The notes under the pieces are model-generated. The model ran no database searches and was not told the origin of the DNA. It saw nothing but the letters and a program-made list of their open reading frames with translations. A stretch of 32,000 nucleotides of DNA, taken from contig NZ_CP064923.1 of NCBI RefSeq assembly GCF_018336915.1, forward strand, positions 1,680,001-1,712,000, written 5' to 3'. The stretch comes from Acaryochloris marina S15 (GTDB lineage: Bacteria; Cyanobacteriota; Cyanobacteriia; Thermosynechococcales; Thermosynechococcaceae). Position numbers and translations under genes: made by a program. This document shows positions 9,548 to 15,585 of the stretch, in pieces; position 1 is the first letter of the stretch, and every line of letters starts with the position of its first letter.

Positions 9548-9742
9548 TTAACTTAAATTGTCCTGTAATTTAGCGAGTAATTCTGCGTAGGCATCCCTGG
9601 CTTCTCGAAAGGTAGTGTCAGAATGAGCGGAACGAAATGCTTTGATAGCTTTCGCTTCGTGCTGGTTCTGCACTGCTTGAATAAATTCAACTGGTACCGA
9701 GCGTCCGCTTTTAGACCCAGATTTGGATGTGCTGGGTTCCAT
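9548..9742 (-). CDS. Hypothetical small helical protein (64 aa from ATG 9742; 76 aa if TTG 9778 is used)
   Basis: The open frame reads MEPSTSKSGSKSGRSVPVEFIQAVQNQHEAKAIKAFRSAHSDTTFREARDAYAELLAKLQDNLS. No family recognised. It lies immediately next to the IS630 left end. Confidence 0.3.
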   Translation of the reverse strand: MEPSTSKSGSKSGRSVPVEFIQAVQNQHEAKAIKAFRSAHSDTTFREARDAYAELLAKLQDNLS

Positions 9743-9814
9743 AATCCCCAATCCAGTGTTCGCGGGAAACTTCCCCAACGCTCCCGTTCGTAATTATAGC
9801 AGTCGCCACTCTAA

Positions 9815-10689
9815 TTAGGACGCTAGGTACAACACATGTTCCATTGCTTCTCTAAGTGAACCGAAGTGCTCTAATTGGTGTCTAATTCGACTTTTAATCC
9901 AAGCCCACGACCGTTCAATCTTATTCAAATCAGGAGAATAGGGTGGCAAGTACCACACTTCACATCCTGCGGCTTCTACCAGTTGCTCAATTCGCCCTCC
10001 CTTATGGAAGGTGGCATTATCAATGACTAACTTCTGCCCCGGTTTGAGCATCGGTATCAAACAAGTCTCAAGCCAAATTTCAAATACGGTGCGATTGCAA
10101 GCCCCTTCAATCGTGAACGGGGCCATGAGCTGCTTTCCTCTCAAAGCTGCAATCATATTGACTCGTCCACTTCTGCTACCAGACTTTAAAGCATAGACCC
10201 GCTCACCTTTGGGACCATAGCCATAGTCATACTCATCTCGATTGTCCATCCCTGACTCGTCAGCATAGACGATATCGTCTGGGTCTACTGTTGTTAACTT
10301 TTGGACGAACTCAGCCCGTTTGTGCTCATCACGTTGGCGGTAGCCATAGGTCTTTTTTTTCGAGTAAATCCAATATTCTTCAGCGCTCTTGAAATAGTAC
10401 GCTCACTGATTTGCCCCTCCCACAACTCGGCCATCTGAGCTTGGGTTTTATAGCGATGTTCTTGAGCAAAAGCTCGAAACTTATCCCAGTCTGTGATTTT
10501 GTGGCTATGGCCAAGGTGTTGTCTAGGGATGGGATGAAGATCACCTGTTTCTGCTTTGAGACGTTGCCATAGATTAATGGTGTTACGACTGATATGAAAG
10601 GTGTCACTCGCTTCTGAGGGAGGCATGCCATCAAGTTCAATAGCATCGATCACTTTGCAACGTAAATCGTAGCTGTAGATTTTAGGCAT
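9815..10689 (-). CDS. IS630-family transposase, OrfAB produced by -1 frameshift (about 291 aa fused)
   Basis: OrfA (10294-10689) carries the HTH part (MPKIYSYDLRCKVIDAIELDGMPPSEASDTFHISRNTINLWQRL). The -1 frame is open from 10402. It carries the DDE_3 triad context ADESGMD ... VIDNATFHK ... PPYSPDLNKIERSW. Confidence 0.8.
10353..10360 (-). other. A8 slippery run (CGA AAA AAA AGA) - putative -1 programmed frameshift / transcriptional slippage site
   Basis: The T8 run on the plus strand equals A8 in the transposase mRNA. Slipping -1 joins ...GFTRKK to KTYGYRQRDEHKRAEFVQKLTTVDPDDIVYADESGMD. Confidence 0.6.
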
Positions 10690-10721
10690 CCATTGAAAGA
10701 CATAACAGTATCTCTAGTTTA

Positions 10722-11060
10722 TTATGTCCTGAATAAAATGGCGCTTGCTATACATACAAATCCTCTGATTCGATCTAGTTCAAGATATCGGCATGACTGA
10801 CATTTTGAGGGGACATAAACTTTACTGGTGTAGTAGGGCGTATCCACCAAAACAGGATTTGTGGGGCCTTTAATGGGGCAAGGGCCATGATCGAGGGCCA
10901 GGTATCCCTGTACTTGCTCTATCGCCCGTGTACACCCGCCCTCAAAGAGATGATCACAACTTCGACATTTTTGGGGAATTGCCCCCCACATGCAATGGCA
11001 GTATGGGACGGGGTCAACTGAGCCTGGGACAGTACAACGTGGAAAAGCAGTTCTAAACAT
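10722..11060 (-). CDS. Cysteine-rich hypothetical protein whose last 8-9 codons and stop are supplied by the IS630 terminal repeat
   Basis: There are 10 Cys in the first 103 residues, including CHC, KCRSC and KCQSC. The junction with the IS falls at codon ~104 (10750/10751). An in-frame stop lies just upstream of ATG 11060. Confidence 0.5.
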   Translation of the reverse strand: MFRTAFPRCTVPGSVDPVPYCHCMWGAIPQKCRSCDHLFEGGCTRAIEQVQGYLALDHGPCPIKGPTNPVLVDTPYYTSKVYVPSKCQSCRYLELDRIRGFVCIASAILFRT

Positions 11061-11281
11061 TTTTCAGAATCTCTTCTATGCCTATCAACACAGCACTCTT
11101 GATGACTTTTTCGCCAATGATCATGATCTGAGTGAAGGAAAATGCTCATCCAATCTAGCAATAGACTTAGGACGTAATCCTAGCCTTTAAAAAGCTCTGT
11201 TCAGCTTTGGCTGGTTTGCATCAAAGGGGTAAAACGTCCTGAACTTTGCGGCGGCAGATACGATGTAATTGAATCGTTAGG

Positions 11282-11884
11282 TTGACGTCTCTCCTTTCTC
11301 AAACGAAGCGATTTTTAAGGGGGATTCCCGTGCCCGAGTACAACTGGATTACTGAGCAGATTTCGACCGTTACGGAGTTCTTTACGCCTGCAGAATGCGA
11401 GTCGTACATTGACCTAGCCGAATCCATCGGTTTTGAGGACGCGCCTATCAACACGGCGTTTGGCCTTCAATTACGGAAAGATGTGCGTAACAACTCTCGT
11501 GTAATCCTTGATGACATCGAACGAGCCGCTGGATTGTTTGAAAAAATTATGGACTATGTTCCTGCCTGTATTGGTGATTGGGATATCTGTGGGGTTAATG
11601 AACGGTTCCGTATCTATCGCTATGATGTGGGCCAACAGTTTGATTGGCATTACGATGGGTATTTTGAACGAAACAAGGATGAGCGTAGTCAACTAACGTT
11701 TATGGTCTATCTCAATGATGGTTTTACTGGGGGTGAAACAACCCTCGAATCCATAGAGATCAAACCTCAGCAAGGTCTGGCATTGTTTTTTGTGCACCAG
11801 ATATGTCATAAAGGTCAATCGGTTATAGATGGCAGAAAGTATGTTCTTAGAACCGATGTCATGTACCGACGTTTAAACGCATGA
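11282..11884 (+). CDS. 2OG-Fe(II) oxygenase, prolyl 4-hydroxylase-like
   Basis: P4Hc-type motifs are present: WHYDGYF (HxD), distal His in VHQICHKG, and RKYVLRTDVMY. The listed start is TTG. GTG at 11330, preceded by AAGGGGGA, is an alternative start. Confidence 0.8.
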   Translation: MTSLLSQTKRFLRGIPVPEYNWITEQISTVTEFFTPAECESYIDLAESIGFEDAPINTAFGLQLRKDVRNNSRVILDDIERAAGLFEKIMDYVPACIGDWDICGVNERFRIYRYDVGQQFDWHYDGYFERNKDERSQLTFMVYLNDGFTGGETTLESIEIKPQQGLALFFVHQICHKGQSVIDGRKYVLRTDVMYRRLNA

Positions 11885-12269
11885 GTATGGTGTGAATCAA
11901 AGCGATACAAAGCATGTTGGATTACTTGCCAGTTTTTGCATCAACAGCTTATACCTGATCATTAGTTCTGAAGCTCAATTAAACTACAGAATGTTGTTTA
12001 TGGATCTCTTTAAGAGCCTCACAGACACTGGATTATAGGTGAATCTAGTGGGTGCTTGTGAGAAATTCAGGAAGATAGGCAATGAGTTTAAATTGGGAAA
12101 ATAAAGTTGCTTCTCAGGTGGCTTCCACATATAGGCTGATTTAACGCTTCACAATTTGTTCTGTGGAAAACCGATGATGAACCAACACTCATTTTAAGAA
12201 GAGCTGTTGTGCTCTCTTAGGAAACGTTAGACTAGCGCTTACGCACCTTATTTATCGAGCAATATAGAT

Positions 12270-13709
12270 ATGAAGTTTGACCTTCATCAGGCTCTCAATA
12301 CCTTAGATATCAACGCTGATTGGGTGGGCCTCCGTCAGGTGAATGAGAAAACCACCACCCATGCTGTTCGAGACGGGCGACCCCAAAGTAACGGTCGTGA
12401 TTTTACCCAGGGCGTCATGGTGGAAGTCCTCGCCCAAGGCCAGTTTGGCTATGCTGCCACCAACCGTTTAGACCCAGCCAGTTTGCAGGTGGCAGCAGAG
12501 CAGGCGTATCAGCAAGCGATCGCAACCTCTAAATGGGCGGTTCACTCCTTCACCCCAGCGGTGCGTCCCAAAGCCGTGGGCCAATACCAATCTCCATTTC
12601 AGCAGCCCCTAGACTTGATCAGCGTTGCCGATCAACTGGATCTGTTGGTGAAAGTCTGTGACACCCTCCAGGTCTCCGACCAAATCGTTAAAACCAGCGC
12701 TTTTACCCAAACCTTAGAAACTGAACAAATTTTCGTTAGCAGTAACGGCACGGATACCCACCAAACTTTTGGGTTTGTAATCACTAACTATGAAGCCACG
12801 GCCCAAGACGGCAGCGTTATCCAAAAGCGCACCGACAATGGTCCCTTAGCCCGCTGCTATCAGGCGGGTTCTGAAGTGTTTGATCCAGACCAGGTGCTCA
12901 CCCGCGCCCACCAAGTAGGGGAGCAGGCTATTGCCCTGTTAGCAGCCGAAGATTGTCCCACTGCCACCACCACCTTGGTGCTCGCACCGGATCAAATGAT
13001 GCTGCAAATTCATGAGAGTGTTGGCCATCCCCTAGAGTTGGATCGAATCCTCGGAGATGAGCGCAATTACGCCGGGTCTAGCTTTGTGAAGCTTTCTGAC
13101 TTTGGCCATTTGGTTTATGGTTCACCATTGATGAACATTACCTTTGACCCCACGGTTCCCGGTGAGTTTGCGGGCTATGCCTTTGATGATGCCGGGATGC
13201 CCGCCCAGCGAGAATATCTGATTAAAGAAGGTCTGCTTCTCCGGGGACTGGGGAGTTTAGAAAGTCAGGCTAGAGCCCAGGTGCCAGGGGTCGCTAATTT
13301 CCGGGCTCGTTCCTGGAATAGAGCGCCTATCGACCGGATGGCTAATCTAAACCTAGAACCGGGCCAATCCTCCTTTGATGACATGATCGGTAATATCGAG
13401 TCCGGGGTGTATATGGAAGCCAATCGCTCCTGGTCTATTGATGACTATCGCAATAAGTTCCAGTTCGGCTGTGAGTATGCCCGCCTGATTGAGAACGGTA
13501 AGCTGACGAAGGTCTTGCGGAATCCAAATTACCGAGGCATCACTAATCAGTTCTGGGGGAACTTGGCACAAGTGGGCGATTCCAGTACCTTTGCCATGTA
13601 TGGCACCCCCTACTGTGGCAAGGGTGAACCCAATCAATGTATCCGGGTCGGTCATGCCTCCCCCACCTGTGCATTCAAAGAGATCGAAGTATTTGGAGGA
13701 GCCGCATGA
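12270..13709 (+). CDS. tldD: TldD-family metalloprotease
   Basis: 479 aa with the HExxxH motif in IHESVGHPLELDR. The C-terminus is typical: GKGEPNQCIRVGHASPTCAFKEIEV. Confidence 0.9.
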   Translation: MKFDLHQALNTLDINADWVGLRQVNEKTTTHAVRDGRPQSNGRDFTQGVMVEVLAQGQFGYAATNRLDPASLQVAAEQAYQQAIATSKWAVHSFTPAVRPKAVGQYQSPFQQPLDLISVADQLDLLVKVCDTLQVSDQIVKTSAFTQTLETEQIFVSSNGTDTHQTFGFVITNYEATAQDGSVIQKRTDNGPLARCYQAGSEVFDPDQVLTRAHQVGEQAIALLAAEDCPTATTTLVLAPDQMMLQIHESVGHPLELDRILGDERNYAGSSFVKLSDFGHLVYGSPLMNITFDPTVPGEFAGYAFDDAGMPAQREYLIKEGLLLRGLGSLESQARAQVPGVANFRARSWNRAPIDRMANLNLEPGQSSFDDMIGNIESGVYMEANRSWSIDDYRNKFQFGCEYARLIENGKLTKVLRNPNYRGITNQFWGNLAQVGDSSTFAMYGTPYCGKGEPNQCIRVGHASPTCAFKEIEVFGGAA

Positions 13710-15070
13710 GCACCAGTGTCGCAACCAACCCCACCGAGACCCTGGCGGCTTGGGAATCTACCTTTAATCAGCTTGCCGATCTACTGTTGGATAACTTGCA
13801 AGCGGGAGAACATCTCTCCATTGAGCTGGGGGGTGAACAAAGCCACTTTATGCGCCTAAATGCCGGAAAAGTTCGGCAGTCGGGTCTAGTGACCGATGCC
13901 AGTATCAATATCCGCTTGATTGCCAACCAGCGTACGGCCTATGCAGGTTTCCCCTTTACAGGGGATCTGTCAATGGACAGTGCCTTAGCCCTGGAGCAGC
14001 TCCAGCAACTGCGCCAAGATATACCCCAACTGCCGGAAGACCCCTATATTGTCCTACCGGAAAACTATGGTTCTAGTCGGGAAGCTTATTCTGGCCAGTT
14101 ACTCGCTGCCGATCAAGTCTCTGCTGCTCTGTTACCTACCGTGCAAGGGGTAGATTTTACGGGTATTTATGCCTCTGGTCCCATTGTCCGCGCCAACCGC
14201 AACTCCGCAGGCCAGAAGCATTGGTTTGCCACGGAAACCTTTGTGCTCGATTATTCGTTGATTGCCCCTTCCGAAAAGGCTGTTAAAGCAACTCTGGCGG
14301 GCCAAACTTGGGACCAAACAGCCTACACAGAACAAATCCAGCAGTCCATCACTCAGCTTCAAGTGCTAGATCGACCCGTTAAGGTGATTGAGCCGGGTCA
14401 ATATCGCACCTATTTTGCCCCCGCTGCTACTGCAGAGTTGATAGGTATGCTGTCTTGGGGCGGAGTGAGTGAAGCGTCCATGCAGCAGGGCGGCAGTTCC
14501 CTGGCCAAATTACGAGAGGGCAAGTCCCTGTCCCCCCATTTGACCTTGAAGGAAAACTTCAGCTTGGGCTTGGTGCCTCGATTTAATAGCTTAGGGGAGG
14601 TTGCCCCTGAAGAAGTGCCCCTGCTCGTTGACGGTCAGCTCGTTAATACCTTGGTCAATGCCCGCACGGCTAAGGAATATCAGGTCAAAAGTAATGCTGC
14701 TAGTGGCCATGAGGGGATGCGATCTCCCGAGGTATTGCCTGGTTCTCTAAGCACGGCAGAGATCTTGGCTCAGCTGGGAACGGGGTTATACCTATCTAAT
14801 TTGCATTACCTGAACTGGAGCGATCGCACCGGGGGACGGATCACGGGCATGACCCGCTACGCCTGCTTTTGGGTAGAGCAGGGAGAAATTATTGCACCTA
14901 TTAAAGATCTGCGGTTTGATGATAGCCTCTACGAATTTTTAGGTGCAAAGTTAGAGAACCTCACGGATACTCAAGAATTTATTCCCTGTGTAGACACCTA
15001 TGGCGCTCGCTCCTTGGGTGGCTCCCTGATGCCAGGGCTACTGGTCAATGACTTTACATTTACACTGTAA
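13706..15070 (+). CDS. pmbA: PmbA/TldE-family protease partner
   Basis: The start is taken at the ATG in GGAGGAGCCGCATGAGC, which gives an SD-like GGAGGAG and an ATGA overlap with the tldD stop. The family C-terminus reads SLGGSLMPGLLVNDFTFT. Confidence 0.9.
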   Translation: MSTSVATNPTETLAAWESTFNQLADLLLDNLQAGEHLSIELGGEQSHFMRLNAGKVRQSGLVTDASINIRLIANQRTAYAGFPFTGDLSMDSALALEQLQQLRQDIPQLPEDPYIVLPENYGSSREAYSGQLLAADQVSAALLPTVQGVDFTGIYASGPIVRANRNSAGQKHWFATETFVLDYSLIAPSEKAVKATLAGQTWDQTAYTEQIQQSITQLQVLDRPVKVIEPGQYRTYFAPAATAELIGMLSWGGVSEASMQQGGSSLAKLREGKSLSPHLTLKENFSLGLVPRFNSLGEVAPEEVPLLVDGQLVNTLVNARTAKEYQVKSNAASGHEGMRSPEVLPGSLSTAEILAQLGTGLYLSNLHYLNWSDRTGGRITGMTRYACFWVEQGEIIAPIKDLRFDDSLYEFLGAKLENLTDTQEFIPCVDTYGARSLGGSLMPGLLVNDFTFTL

Positions 15071-15191
15071 GGTTCACCGCTTCATTGCCAGAGCTCCTTT
15101 TAGATAAATTATTGTCAAGTTAAATCCAGAAAAATTCTTGTTCTAATTTCATTGAACAACTACTAAGCTCAGCAATTCTACCCACAGGTCA

Positions 15192-15320
15192 AGGTGGACG
15201 AAAAAAAACGCTGGACGTTTATACTACTGGATCAATACCCATTGATAAGCTAGGACTTTCAGCCTGCCATTGAGTCATTAAGCTCATCGATTTCGTGAAA
15301 AGCGCTTTTTTCGTCCACCT
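15192..15320. repeat. 129-bp element bounded by ~20-bp inverted repeats
   Basis: AGGTGGACGAAAAAAAACGCT (15192-15212) pairs with AGCGCTTTTTTCGTCCACCT (15301-15320), differing only in the A-run. An internal palindrome ATCAAT-ACCC-ATTGAT is present. The element lies in a 515-bp AT-rich spacer. Confidence 0.5.
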
Positions 15321-15585
15321 ATAGCGATCTGACGTGAGTTGTGAGAATTATATTCAACCTAAATGGATACTGGTAAAGATTTCAGCCTCTCTACATCTCA
15401 CGATTGATTTCAGATTGCTATATATCAGGCAATGAGTATTTTGCTATTCTTGTATAGAAATATTTATTGGCTTAGTTTATTTGGTTTCTATCTAACAACA
15501 CATAGACATAACTTCCATGAAATGTCGACGCTCTAAATTTTTTCTTTCAAGCGGTATTTAAGACGGTTTAACCAGTGAGGCTATT

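Larger units (their letters stand above)
9797..10750 (-). mobile_element. IS630-family (Tc1/mariner superfamily) insertion sequence, 954 bp
   Basis: Imperfect terminal inverted repeats match at 19 of 25 positions by hand alignment: TAGCAGTCGCCACTCTAATTAGGAC at 9797-9821 against the reverse complement of 10726-10750. A TA dinucleotide flanks both sides (9795-9796 and 10751-10752), the IS630 target duplication. The element encloses a two-frame DDE transposase. Confidence 0.85.

Noticed and set aside
10919-11190. ORFs 10919-11161 (-) and 10990-11190 (+) around the Cys-rich gene start
   Set aside because: They overlap the Cys-rich ORF or its promoter in other frames and have no features of their own.
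12082-12144. Short ORFs in the long non-coding gaps that could be precursor peptides. They are 12082-12144 (MSLNWENKVASQVASTYRLI), 15432-15536 (MSILLFLYRNIYWLSLFGFYLTTHRHNFHEMSTL) and 19753-19824 (MSQRQGFWLYKNDNVEPHQSANK).
   Set aside because: None has a recognisable leader/core pattern, convincing RBS spacing or repeats. Their length is what is expected by chance in AT-rich DNA. The shared AGGCAATGAGT 11-mer ahead of two of them is within chance expectation for a 32-kb window.
12270-15070. tldD/pmbA as dedicated RiPP-maturation proteases for a local cluster
   Set aside because: TldD/PmbA pairs are common housekeeping genes. No precursor peptide, cyclodehydratase or transporter is nearby, and their composition matches the host rather than the low-GC block.
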